Shown: one piece after another, positions 47,664-57,185 of the stretch
Position numbering within the stretch: position 1 is the first letter of the stretch
Layout: the number at the start of each line of letters is the position of its first letter
NCBI GenBank assembly: GCA_947085205.1
Contig: CAMTVO010000020.1
Coordinates: 1-64,000 of the forward strand
From: an uncultured Nitrospiraceae bacterium
GTDB lineage: Bacteria > Nitrospirota > Thermodesulfovibrionia > Thermodesulfovibrionales > Dissulfurispiraceae
Reading direction: 5' to 3'
Length of the DNA stretch: 64,000 nt
The notes under the pieces: generated by a model
Told to the model about the DNA's origin: nothing
The model's database searches: none
The model's input: the letters and a program-made list of their open reading frames with translations, nothing else
Program-made: the position numbers and the translations under genes

Positions 47664-48173
47664 ATGAATACAACACAGCATACAGGATGTGGGTTTCATG
47701 CAATGAGTATTTATCGTGTCTTAGTGCCCTCATCCTTTATGCTGATTATCCTATTATTATTTTTTACTCCTGTTTTCTCACCTGTTTTCTCATCGGAAGG
47801 GGTGCAGAAATATAAACCCCTTTCAGAAGAACATATCCAGAAACTGAAAAAGATAGCCGGATTTATTGCCGTTGAGATAAACAGGAGAGGTATAAAGACC
47901 GTAGAGGTCAGGGAGTTCACGGATATAAGGGGCAGGCCGTCGGCTGTTGGAAAGGATCTTGCAAAAGAGTTTGAAAGACAGATGGCTGCGGCGGAGGGTA
48001 GAGGCTTTGCTATAATAAAGAACAATGCAAAGGCTGTCGTTACAGGAACTCTTACGCCGTTCAAGGAAAGAGAGAAATGGCAGATTAAGATAGAGGTAAT
48101 ATCGGCAGAAACAGGAGCGATAATTACGGCATACACAGGGATTTTGAAAAAGACTAAAGGGGTGAAGAAGTGA
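47664..48173 (+). CDS. exported FlgO/CsgG-like alpha/beta protein (start uncertain)
   Basis: TVEVREFTDIRG...GKDLA...AVVTGTL...EVISAETGAII. Confidence 0.55.
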   Translation: MNTTQHTGCGFHAMSIYRVLVPSSFMLIILLLFFTPVFSPVFSSEGVQKYKPLSEEHIQKLKKIAGFIAVEINRRGIKTVEVREFTDIRGRPSAVGKDLAKEFERQMAAAEGRGFAIIKNNAKAVVTGTLTPFKEREKWQIKIEVISAETGAIITAYTGILKKTKGVKK

Positions 48174-48330
48174 GACGGATATGTGTAGCGGCAACAATCC
48201 ACCTGTCAAGGGAGCCATCTGGATTGACAAAATCCGTTTTTATAGGGAATAGGCACTTCTTTTTTATCTTCAAAAACAGCTATTTTTGTTGGATAATATA
48301 ATTGGATAATATAAGCAGGAGAGCAAAAAT

Positions 48331-49976
48331 TTGTGGAGTTGTATTGAGAAAGAGAAAATTTTTTGTATTTTATATTTTGTTTTTTTGTTTCTAAATAATC
48401 CTGCCCATGCCAAGACTCTTATCCTCGAAGGCAAATTAAACAGCAATATTTCCGTGAATCAGCAGATAGGTTTTGGTGTAGATAAGCCTTTATCGAGGCT
48501 CACTTTTAAATTTGCCCTTCCTTCTGAATTTGCCAATAAAGCCGTTTCTCAAAAAACACACGAGTTCAATATCAAATTTGACCCTCAGCCAGTGAAGGTT
48601 GATGATGCAACCGATGAGTTCGGAAATAGATTTAAAGTAGTTACATGGAACGATCTGAACAGGGATGTGATGGTAAACATAATCTTTGAGACGAATATAA
48701 AATCAGAGCTTTCTGCGATGGAAAGCAAAACGCCATTCCCCCTTAATCCAATCCCTCATGGTGAAAAGACTTATCTGAAACCTACGGAACTGGTTCAGAG
48801 CAGCAGCCCTGAGATCACTGCCCTTTCAAAAAAACTTACATCAGGCGCGGCAACGGAATACGAGGCTGTTAACGCAATATTGAACTATGTTGTCGACAAT
48901 GTAAAATATACCTACAACCCTCCGCAATTCGATGCCTTATATACGATAAAGACAAGAACCGGCAACTGCCAGAACTTTGCCCATTTATCTATGGCATTAC
49001 TAAGGGCGGCAGGAATACCTGCAAGGATTGTAGGAGGCATTAGCTTAAAACAGCCTCTGAAGGTTCCTGTGAGTGGCAGTGATTTCCTTGTCCAGAGCAT
49101 GGGACAGGGAGGACATGCATGGATGGAGATATATTTCCCTGACCTTGGCTGGCTCTCTTACGACCCACAGCAGTCGAAGCAGTTCACATCTTCGCGGCAT
49201 ATCAAGCAGACACACGGACTTGACTCTGATGATATAAACGATACATGGAAGGCATCCCCATATTTACCTGCCTATAGTGAACTCGTTGACGCAAAATTTC
49301 TGGAGGATATGGTGGCTCTGAAATTAAAGTCTTCAGAGAAATATCCCAAGGCATATCTTTTAAGCAATAATTTTCTTTCAAAGGCAGAGATAAAACCGCC
49401 AGAAAAACCTTCTGTGCCTGAGATTCCAAAACTGCCTCCGGGTAAAGTTATTGAATTCGGGAACATGGAATTTCCGAGTTTTGTTAATATTTACCAGATT
49501 GTAGGAGACAAAGGTGTAAAGATACTCGATAAAGAAACTGCGGAATATGTGACATCGAAGTATGTTTATTCGCAGGCATTTGAGATAGATGAACCCCTCG
49601 AAATAGATGTAGTCTCATTAGCCATGAGAAAATTCGGAGGCGACGGAACATTGTATATAGACCTTGTAGCGGATGATAAGAGAAGACCGAGTCTTTCCGG
49701 GTTTCGCTCGAATCCGATTTTCATAGAGAATATTAAAAAAAGACCCGGCTATTACTGGGTGGATTTTGCTTTTTCATCCGATACGCCTCTAAAAATAAAG
49801 AAGGGAAGGTACTGGATAGTCATGAGGCATTCAGGAGAGGTGATAATGAACTGGTTCTATATACCCGGCAATCCTTATGGAGACAGCGACGATACCCGCT
49901 CTACATTAAAGGTTACAGATGGGAAGATATTTTAAATTTTGATTTTGTTTTTAAGGTAAAGGCAAGAAGGGGGTAA
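48331..49976 (+). CDS. exported transglutaminase-like protein, copy 1, with a 1-bp deletion near the 3' end
   Basis: GNCQNFA, GHAWMEIY, WLSYDP triad; versus paralog 58794 one A is missing at 49908-49910, so the ORF stops at 49935 instead of 49976. Confidence 0.85.
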
Positions 49977-50053
49977 GATAAATATATTGTAAAATAAAGG
50001 ATTTTATGGGATGATTAAAATAAATAAGCAATCATAAATTAAGGGGGATAACT

Positions 50054-50668
50054 ATGACAGAAATAAAGACAAAAGCTATTCTTATTGGACTATTTGTGCT
50101 TTTTTGTATGACATTCATAGGATGCGCATTTGTTGACCAGAAAGTAGACCTGGCCTATGAAAGAACTGTCAATGCGAGAGGCGGCTCCGGCGAAGTATTT
50201 ATCGCAAAGCCGAAAGAACATCATAATCTTAATAAAAAGGCGAACGGCTTGGTTATCGGGACTGTAAAAAACGCAATGGGGATGAAGACAGCGGATGTGG
50301 TTACGGAAAATAATATCGGAGACTGGATTGTGGGCGCATTGGTGCAGGAGTTGAGCGTTGCAGGATATAATACAAAAACAGTATCGGCGCTGCCGCATGA
50401 TGTATCAAAAGGTCTGGATTTGACGGTTTTGAAGGTATTTGTGGATCAAGACCCCGGATTCTGGACGGTCGGCGCCATAAGCGATGTGCAGTTTACAGTC
50501 GAAATATGGAAAAACAGCATTAAGGCAAAGGTATTGAATATTGCTGCAAAAGGAGATGACCGCTCAATGATGGGTTCAGCAGAAACCAAGGCGATTTCCT
50601 TACGCAAAGCAATGCAGGCTGCAATGCAGCAGGCTGTGCCTGAGATAATAAAGACATTGGAATACTAA
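50054..50668 (+). CDS. hypothetical lipoprotein (YajG-like)
   Basis: Lipobox FIGC; IGTVKNAMGMKTADV...ALVQELSVAGY. Confidence 0.65.
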   Translation: MTEIKTKAILIGLFVLFCMTFIGCAFVDQKVDLAYERTVNARGGSGEVFIAKPKEHHNLNKKANGLVIGTVKNAMGMKTADVVTENNIGDWIVGALVQELSVAGYNTKTVSALPHDVSKGLDLTVLKVFVDQDPGFWTVGAISDVQFTVEIWKNSIKAKVLNIAAKGDDRSMMGSAETKAISLRKAMQAAMQQAVPEIIKTLEY

Positions 50669-50679
50669 AGGAGAAAAAA

Positions 50680-51837
50680 ATGGCAACAGGTTTTCGCATT
50701 AATATTTTGTTGTCAATTATTCTCTCTATAGCAGCCGGCTGCAGCATGTATGAATTCAAAGACCCCACCGGCGCTAAAATGCAGATTGCATATGAGACGC
50801 CTGAACAAGGTAAAGCGTCTGCCGACAGACCTAAGAAACAAAAAGAAGAGCCACTTATAGACGAAAAACTTCCTCCACTCCGTCCCGACACCTATGCAAT
50901 AGTAATCGGCATAGACTACAAAAACAGGCAGGACATACCAAACCTCCAATATGCATCTACAGACGCAAAAAAAATCTACAACATACTCACAGATGCACGA
51001 TACGGAGGAGTGCCTAAAGAAAATGCAATACTACTTCTCAACGAAAAAGCAACAAGAAACGAAATGGTATCAGCATTGAGGAAGATAAAGAACTGGGATG
51101 GATATGTGTATGTATATTACTCAGGACACGGAGCGCCCAAGACAAAAGGAGACAAATTCATAGACGCCTTTTTAGTGCCCAATGACGTAATAATAACCGA
51201 CCCTGAGGCAATGGAAGACACAGCAATAAAAGTATCGTATTTACAAGAGCTTATAGATACATCCAATGCAAAAGGAGTAATGCTTGCATTGGATGCCTGT
51301 TTTTCAGGAGGAGGAAAATCCATAGTGCCAAAGGGAGGGAAGCCCTTAGTAGGAATGATAGTAAGCTCTGAGATAATAAAACCAAGAGGCACAGGAAAAG
51401 TAATAATCACATCATCAGCAACCAACCAGCAATCATGGGAAGACGAAGCAGAGCTAAAGGGAGGCATATTCAGCCATTATTTATTGGAGGGACTAAAAGG
51501 CAAAGCAGGCAAAGACATATGGGTGAAAGTAGATGAACTTGCAGAATACATAAAAGAAAACGTACCTAAAGCAGCGAGGAAACTCAAAGGAATGGAACAG
51601 ACGCCGCAGATAACAGGAAAGGCTGACTTTGCAGTAACGAGGAACTGGGAAAAGGCAAAAGTAATGGACATAGAGATAGCGAGGAACAAACTAAAGAGTG
51701 TATTTGAAAAAGGAGTAATAACAGCAGAGCAGCTCAGCAGGGCAATGGATGAATTAAAGAAGCAGACAAGGACAAAGACACTTGAGGCATTTTTGGAAGG
51801 AAAGATAGATGAGAGGAAGTTCGGGGAGTTGTATTGA
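50680..51837 (+). CDS. caspase-family (C14) lipoprotein
   Basis: Lipobox AAGC, AIVIGIDY, YYSGHG and LDACFSG dyad, QTP, SHOCT-like tail (KGVITAEQL). Confidence 0.92.
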   Translation: MATGFRINILLSIILSIAAGCSMYEFKDPTGAKMQIAYETPEQGKASADRPKKQKEEPLIDEKLPPLRPDTYAIVIGIDYKNRQDIPNLQYASTDAKKIYNILTDARYGGVPKENAILLLNEKATRNEMVSALRKIKNWDGYVYVYYSGHGAPKTKGDKFIDAFLVPNDVIITDPEAMEDTAIKVSYLQELIDTSNAKGVMLALDACFSGGGKSIVPKGGKPLVGMIVSSEIIKPRGTGKVIITSSATNQQSWEDEAELKGGIFSHYLLEGLKGKAGKDIWVKVDELAEYIKENVPKAARKLKGMEQTPQITGKADFAVTRNWEKAKVMDIEIARNKLKSVFEKGVITAEQLSRAMDELKKQTRTKTLEAFLEGKIDERKFGELY

Positions 51838-51838
51838 G

Positions 51839-52651
51839 ATGAAAAGATTTTTAATAATGATTCTGCTTTTGATGCCTGTTTTCTCTTATGCCTCTGAAAA
51901 GCCCGTATGGGTAGAGGCGGAGGGAGAGGCATACATGAGCGAGATTGACACTCCGAAAGAGGTCATTGCGAGAGCAAAAAAGGACGCCCAGAGCAAGGCA
52001 GTCGAAAAGGCGGTAGGCGTGTTTATAAGATCACATACCCTCGTCTCGAACAGCCAGCTTGCGGAAGATCTCATCTACGCCGCTGTGAGGGGGAAGATAG
52101 AGAAGACCGAGATAATTAAAAAGGGATGGGATGATAAGGACAGGAATCTTTACAAAATAAGGCTCAAAGCCCTTATAGAGCCTGTCTATCCTGAAAAAGG
52201 GCACGGCATATCGATCAAGCTTTCGCTTTCAAAATCCGTAATGAAAGAAGGCGATGAGGTAAAGATATTTTATCAGGCAAACAAAGAATGTTATGTATAT
52301 ATCTTTTCAGTTGCTGCAGACGGCTCGGTTACGCTGCTTATGCCGAATTCGATGAATCAGGAGAATCACATAAAAGCGAATAAAGCATATGAATTCCCTG
52401 TAGGGGGGAGCAGCATACGCTTAAAGGCTTTATTTTTGCCTGATTATAAGGAAAAAGTCGCCGAGGAAAAAATTAAAATAATAGCCACAAAAAAGAGAGA
52501 GGAGATTGTGCCGCTCGGATTTCAAGAAGGTATGTTCAGGGTATACGATGCGAAGTCCACAGGCATGATAAGCGACCTTGTTAAAAAACTTAACCAGCTT
52601 GAACCTGCTGACTGGGCAGAGGCAACTGCGGTTTATACGATTAAAAGATAA
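51839..52651 (+). CDS. exported FlgT-N/LPP20-like + DUF4384-like protein
   Basis: EAEGEAY...AKKDAQSKAVEKAVGV; EGDEVKI...CYVYIF...DGSVTLLMPN...EKIKIIAT. Confidence 0.78.
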   Translation: MKRFLIMILLLMPVFSYASEKPVWVEAEGEAYMSEIDTPKEVIARAKKDAQSKAVEKAVGVFIRSHTLVSNSQLAEDLIYAAVRGKIEKTEIIKKGWDDKDRNLYKIRLKALIEPVYPEKGHGISIKLSLSKSVMKEGDEVKIFYQANKECYVYIFSVAADGSVTLLMPNSMNQENHIKANKAYEFPVGGSSIRLKALFLPDYKEKVAEEKIKIIATKKREEIVPLGFQEGMFRVYDAKSTGMISDLVKKLNQLEPADWAEATAVYTIKR

Positions 52652-52652
52652 G

Positions 52653-52693
52653 GATAATTTTCACCTTCCAAGAAGTTTTTTCTGGTATATAAT
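52653..52693 (+). promoter_or_regulatory. locus motif copy 7 plus -10 box
   Basis: GATAATTTTCAC-CTTCCA-N17-TATAAT; same geometry with a poor -35. Confidence 0.7.
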
Positions 52694-52776
52694 GAGTAAC
52701 TGAAGGTAATAAGGCTGCATACGGTAAAAGAGGAAGTTTTTATATAATAATGTAAAATTAAATAGGGGGTTTCAAT

Positions 52777-53127
52777 ATGCAAGCTGTAAGACATGAGGTA
52801 TTAAATCTTACTGAAGCTGAAAAGCTTGCATTAAATGAAGTTATAGCTGCCTTAAAAAGAGACTGGCCTTCTGTTAAATTCAAGCTATTTGGCTCAAAGG
52901 TAAATGGAACCTCTGACGAAGAGTCGGATTTAGACCTTTTAATTATGCTTCCCTGTCATGTAACTAATGATATAAGGCGGCAGATAGTCCACAAGGTTTT
53001 CGATATAAATCTTAAATATGAAACTAATATTAGTGTATTTATTGTTTCAGAAGATGAATGGCAAAAAGCTCCTCTTTCTCTTCTTCCTATTCATGCATTT
53101 ATTGAAGAGGAAGGGGTTTCCTTATGA
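52777..53127 (+). CDS. minimal nucleotidyltransferase (MNT)
   Basis: LFGSKVNG...SDLDLL motif, 116 aa. Confidence 0.9.
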   Translation: MQAVRHEVLNLTEAEKLALNEVIAALKRDWPSVKFKLFGSKVNGTSDEESDLDLLIMLPCHVTNDIRRQIVHKVFDINLKYETNISVFIVSEDEWQKAPLSLLPIHAFIEEEGVSL

Positions 53128-53523
53128 GTAACAAAGAGGAACTAAAGGAACTTATCCGATATTGGTTTGAAAAATCGCATGAATCTCTTGACGCAGCCCG
53201 TGATGAACTGAAGGCAGGCCGTCTTTCCTTTTCGGTGAACCGAATTTATTATTCTTGTTTTTATGCGGTCAGCGCAATCTTGCTTCAAGAAAAACTTCGG
53301 TTTAAGAAGCACTCCGGTGTGAGGGGCCGTATTACATCAACATCTCGTCAAATCAGGGAAAGTAAGTCATGAGCATGGGAAACTGTATGACGAACTTTTT
53401 GAAGCTCGCCAGAGAGGCGATCATATAGAGTTTGTCAGCTTTGAGGAAGAACAGGTAAAAGACTGGCTTCAACAGGCAAATCAATTTGTTGAGGCAATTA
53501 AGCGTTTAATCGAAAATGACTGA
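53124..53523 (+). pseudogene. HEPN-domain protein with a +1 frameshift
   Basis: NRIYYSCFYA...KKHSGV; removing one G from GGGG (53323-53326) gives RAVLHQHLVKSG...LFEARQRGDH...IKRLIEND*. Confidence 0.85.
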
Positions 53524-53550
53524 CTTTTTTCAGGAGGTGGGGTTACGAAA

Positions 53551-54762
53551 ATGAAGGGTAATTTAATTTCTTTGATCAGCGTCATCTTTATTCTGCTTGC
53601 GGGCATGGCGATGACAGGGTGTGTGACAACAACAGCGAGAACACCACTAATGCAAGCTGTAGAACAAAGCGACAGCAACGCTATCCGAGCTTTGCTTGAT
53701 AAGGGAGCAGATATAAACGAACAAAGCGACTATGATATAGGACCCGGAGGCAAGGGTTGGACTGCCTTACATCTTGCCGCAGTGAAAGATGATATAAAAG
53801 TCATTCGTTTATTGTTGGACTATGGTGCAGACCCAGGCATTACAACTAAATTTGGTTGGACACCATTGAAGTGGGCGGAGCAGAAAGGCAATAACTTTGT
53901 TGCAGGGATGCTCAAGGAGGCTATGGAAAAACGCTATGTGGTTGACAAGAAACCTACCCATATTACGACTGAAAAACCATTGAAATCCGATGTTGACGAA
54001 CTTCTAATATTTGTAAACGAGCATAAGGTTATCGGAGATCAGGATATAGCCATTGTCATTGGCATAGAAAAGTATCAGAATATCCCGAAGTCCGACTACT
54101 CAGCAGGTGATGCAAAACTCGTAAAGTCATATTTTAAGGCACTCGGGTTTGCAGAGAGAAACATAGAATTCATCACAGATGAAAGGGCGACAAAATCATC
54201 CATTGAAAAATCCATAGAGGCATGGCTTCCTAACAGGGTTAAAAAAGACAGTAAGGTTATTGTCTATTATTCAGGACACGGAGCGCCTGAGCCAAAGACA
54301 GGAGACGCTTATATTGTCCCATTTGACGGAGACCCGAATTATCTTGAGGTTACCGGGTATCCATTAAAGAGGCTTTACGATAAACTTGGGAAATTGCAAG
54401 TTGCAGAGGTTGTAGTTCTTCTTGACTCATGCTTCTCAGGCGCAGGCGGCAGGAGTGTTTTAGCAAAAGGAGCAAGACCATTGGTGATGATGACAGAGGC
54501 ATCGGTAATATCGTCAAATATGGCTATCCTTTCTGCAACACAAGGCACACAGATAAGCACATCATCACCTGAAAAAAGGCATGGGGTATTCACATATTAC
54601 TTTCTCAAGGCATTAAAAGAAGGAAAGAAGACAATTGCTGAGATTTATGAATACATCAAACCGTTGGTGGAGGACGAGGCAAAGACTCTTAATGTCCAGC
54701 AAAGCCCGAGCATAAGTCCTGATGCGGAGAAACTGAAGGGGCGGTTTATTTTGAGACGGTGA
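53551..54762 (+). CDS. ankyrin-repeat + caspase (C14) lipoprotein
   Basis: Lipobox MTGC, TPLMQA, GWTALHLAA, GWTPL ankyrins; YYSGHG and LDSCFSG dyad; QSP. Confidence 0.92.
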   Translation: MKGNLISLISVIFILLAGMAMTGCVTTTARTPLMQAVEQSDSNAIRALLDKGADINEQSDYDIGPGGKGWTALHLAAVKDDIKVIRLLLDYGADPGITTKFGWTPLKWAEQKGNNFVAGMLKEAMEKRYVVDKKPTHITTEKPLKSDVDELLIFVNEHKVIGDQDIAIVIGIEKYQNIPKSDYSAGDAKLVKSYFKALGFAERNIEFITDERATKSSIEKSIEAWLPNRVKKDSKVIVYYSGHGAPEPKTGDAYIVPFDGDPNYLEVTGYPLKRLYDKLGKLQVAEVVVLLDSCFSGAGGRSVLAKGARPLVMMTEASVISSNMAILSATQGTQISTSSPEKRHGVFTYYFLKALKEGKKTIAEIYEYIKPLVEDEAKTLNVQQSPSISPDAEKLKGRFILRR

Positions 54763-54799
54763 AAATTACCTTGACTTCATGGCTCAGGCAGGGTAGTTT
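54759..54799 (+). promoter_or_regulatory. locus motif copy 8 plus sigma70 promoter
   Basis: GTGAAAATTACC (contains the upstream TGA stop)-TTGACT-N17-TAGTTT. Confidence 0.75.
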
Positions 54800-54845
54800 T
54801 AAACTATAAAGATTATTTTTGAATAATTTCATAAAGGAGCCGCTT

Positions 54846-57128
54846 ATGAACGCAAAAAAAACCGCAATAATATTTTTTGCATTGTTATTTCTTTTTTCCT
54901 GCGCACCGCCTTCAGAAGTAAAAAAGGATATGCCTGAAATAACCGTATCCAAAGAAGAGATTCCGAGGATGGTTGCGATTCTTCCGTTCCAGAACGAAAC
55001 ACAGGAGACGGGAATTGCCAATCAGGTAAGAAGGGCATTTTATAACCATTTCAGTTCAAAACCATACACAGATGTTGAGCTTAATATTGTTGATGAAAAG
55101 ATTATACATCTTGAGAAATCAACAGGGAAAAATATCCTTGACCTGAAACCACAGGAGATATGTCAGGCAATAGGATGCGATGGATTAATCTACGGCAAAG
55201 TTACTGATTATACAAAGGTTTACGCTGGCGTTTATTCGCAGCTTGGCGTCGAGGCCGAGGTCTGGATGGTAAATAAGCGGACAGGCAAAGAGGTATTCAG
55301 GATAAAGGATGCAGTCAGGTATCACGAAGGCAGCGTGCCTCTCTCTCCCATCGGGCTGATAATGACTGCGGTGTCTACCGCAATGAACATAAGAGAGATC
55401 CAGCAGGTGAGAATGGTGAACGAGCTTGCCCATAAATTCAATGAAAAAATCCCCTCCCCCGAAGGTATGGCTGTTGAAGACAGGCCTACGATTAAGGAAG
55501 TCCTTACGAATGTTAAAGAGGGGCCTTTCGGCAAAGGGAAGATTATAAGAGTCGGACTCGAAGGCGAAAAGGGGCTGGTCGCCACCTTTGACATCGGGAA
55601 CTTCAAAAAAGGCATTTTGATGAAGGAGACAAAGCCCGGCATTTATCTTGGAGAATATCTCGTGATATCCGGAGACAACGCAAAGGACATGCCTATCATA
55701 GCCTCCTTAAAAAAGCCCGGTGGTTATGAAAGCCAGTGGATTGATGTAAGCGGCTTTGTGACCATTGATACAACACCACCGCCGCAGGTAGCCGGTCTAA
55801 GGGCAAAGGGATTTCAGGACAGAATAGAGGTTACATGGGAGCCTCTCAAGAATATTGCTGACTTAAAGGGGTATAAGGTCTTAAGAAGCGAGCAGCCATT
55901 GAGCGGATATGCGGAGGTTTCGGCAACAGAACATACATCGTTTGAAGACAAGACCGCAAAGCCGAACATTGCATATTATTACAGGGTGATTGCTGTTGAC
56001 CAAGTGGGTAATGAATCCGAACTCGTAGATGCCGTTAAATCAGCCGTTACATCGAAGGAGCCCGTGCTTTTAAGTGGAGAGATCAGAACGGATACAGCGC
56101 TTGCAGGGAATTACATCGTGAAAGATTCGCTGACGGTTCCGAAGGGTTTATCCCTTGTCATAGAGCCCGAAACGAGGATAATGTTTGAAGAAAACTCGTC
56201 GTTGACTGTTTACGGCAAAATAGTCGTAAACGGAAAAGAATCTCCTGTGGAGTTTATCCCATCGGGTAATAAGAAATGGAAAGGCATTAGCGTCGAGAGA
56301 GGCAGCATCACTATAAATGGCTTGAGGATAAAGGGAGCCGTTACCGCGATGTTACTGCAAAACGCAGAGGGAATGCTGGATTCAGGAGTAATTACGGACA
56401 GCGATACGGGCATTGCGGTTTCCGGTACGCCTTCTGTAATAATTAAAAACACTGCCGTCTCAGGAAATAAAACAGGGATAGAACTTCAAAAGACGGACGC
56501 AAGGATTATGAACAGCAATATCTTTCAGAATGAAGACGGAATAGCTATCAAAAGCTTTTCAGGCGAGATTAAGGACAACAATATTTTTGACAATAGCCTG
56601 AACATTTCGTCTGAGTCTATGGTTAAAATCGACCCCAATTATCTCGGCTCTATAAATACCGATGAAATGAAAATCAAGGGTGTTGGTATAACTAAGGTTT
56701 ATGACAACAGGATACCAGGCGGAAAGGTCGTTGATGCGATCTCAAATCCTTATGCGTCGCTGAGTAATGAAGACCGCCAGAAAAAGGCTACAGAATTCGT
56801 CATTGAGGCAGGCAATTATTTCAGGCAGAGGAATTACGGAAAGGCGACGACACTGTTTGAAGAAGCGCTGAAGGCTCTTCCCACGCCGGATGTTTATTAT
56901 TATCTCGCTATCTGCTATCAGGAGATGAAAGAAGAGGAAAGGGCGTTAAAGTATTTGAAAGAAGGCGCAGACAAATTCCCGAAAGATTCGACGCTCCAAA
57001 AATCCCTCGGCCTTATGTATTACCAGAAAGGGGATGATGCAGAGGCGAAAAAGGTATTCGAAGAGGTATTGAGATTAAGCCCAGAAGATAGACAGGTGAG
57101 GTTTTTGATGGAGAGAATAGGAAAGTAA
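54846..57128 (+). CDS. multidomain lipoprotein: GNA1162/DUF799-like + FN3 + beta-helix + TPR
   Basis: Lipobox LFSC, VAILPFQNET...DGLIYGKV, DTTPPPQV...YYYRVIAVD (FN3), parallel beta-helix repeats, C-terminal TPRs. Confidence 0.8.
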   Translation: MNAKKTAIIFFALLFLFSCAPPSEVKKDMPEITVSKEEIPRMVAILPFQNETQETGIANQVRRAFYNHFSSKPYTDVELNIVDEKIIHLEKSTGKNILDLKPQEICQAIGCDGLIYGKVTDYTKVYAGVYSQLGVEAEVWMVNKRTGKEVFRIKDAVRYHEGSVPLSPIGLIMTAVSTAMNIREIQQVRMVNELAHKFNEKIPSPEGMAVEDRPTIKEVLTNVKEGPFGKGKIIRVGLEGEKGLVATFDIGNFKKGILMKETKPGIYLGEYLVISGDNAKDMPIIASLKKPGGYESQWIDVSGFVTIDTTPPPQVAGLRAKGFQDRIEVTWEPLKNIADLKGYKVLRSEQPLSGYAEVSATEHTSFEDKTAKPNIAYYYRVIAVDQVGNESELVDAVKSAVTSKEPVLLSGEIRTDTALAGNYIVKDSLTVPKGLSLVIEPETRIMFEENSSLTVYGKIVVNGKESPVEFIPSGNKKWKGISVERGSITINGLRIKGAVTAMLLQNAEGMLDSGVITDSDTGIAVSGTPSVIIKNTAVSGNKTGIELQKTDARIMNSNIFQNEDGIAIKSFSGEIKDNNIFDNSLNISSESMVKIDPNYLGSINTDEMKIKGVGITKVYDNRIPGGKVVDAISNPYASLSNEDRQKKATEFVIEAGNYFRQRNYGKATTLFEEALKALPTPDVYYYLAICYQEMKEEERALKYLKEGADKFPKDSTLQKSLGLMYYQKGDDAEAKKVFEEVLRLSPEDRQVRFLMERIGK

Positions 57129-57185
57129 TATAATGCATATGCTCCATGCAAACGGATAGTCTTGCTTTTAAGGGAGGGGTTCACA

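Noticed and set aside
43193..48173. Flagellar or curli biogenesis operon
   Set aside because: Only FlgT/FlgO/CsgG-like folds are present; no flagellar structural genes or csgA/B/E/F.
15424..54799. Repeated 12-bp motif as CRISPR repeats, attC sites or shufflon sites
   Set aside because: Too short and kilobases apart; no cas, integrase or invertase gene; fixed spacing to -35/-10 boxes fits a transcription-factor site better.
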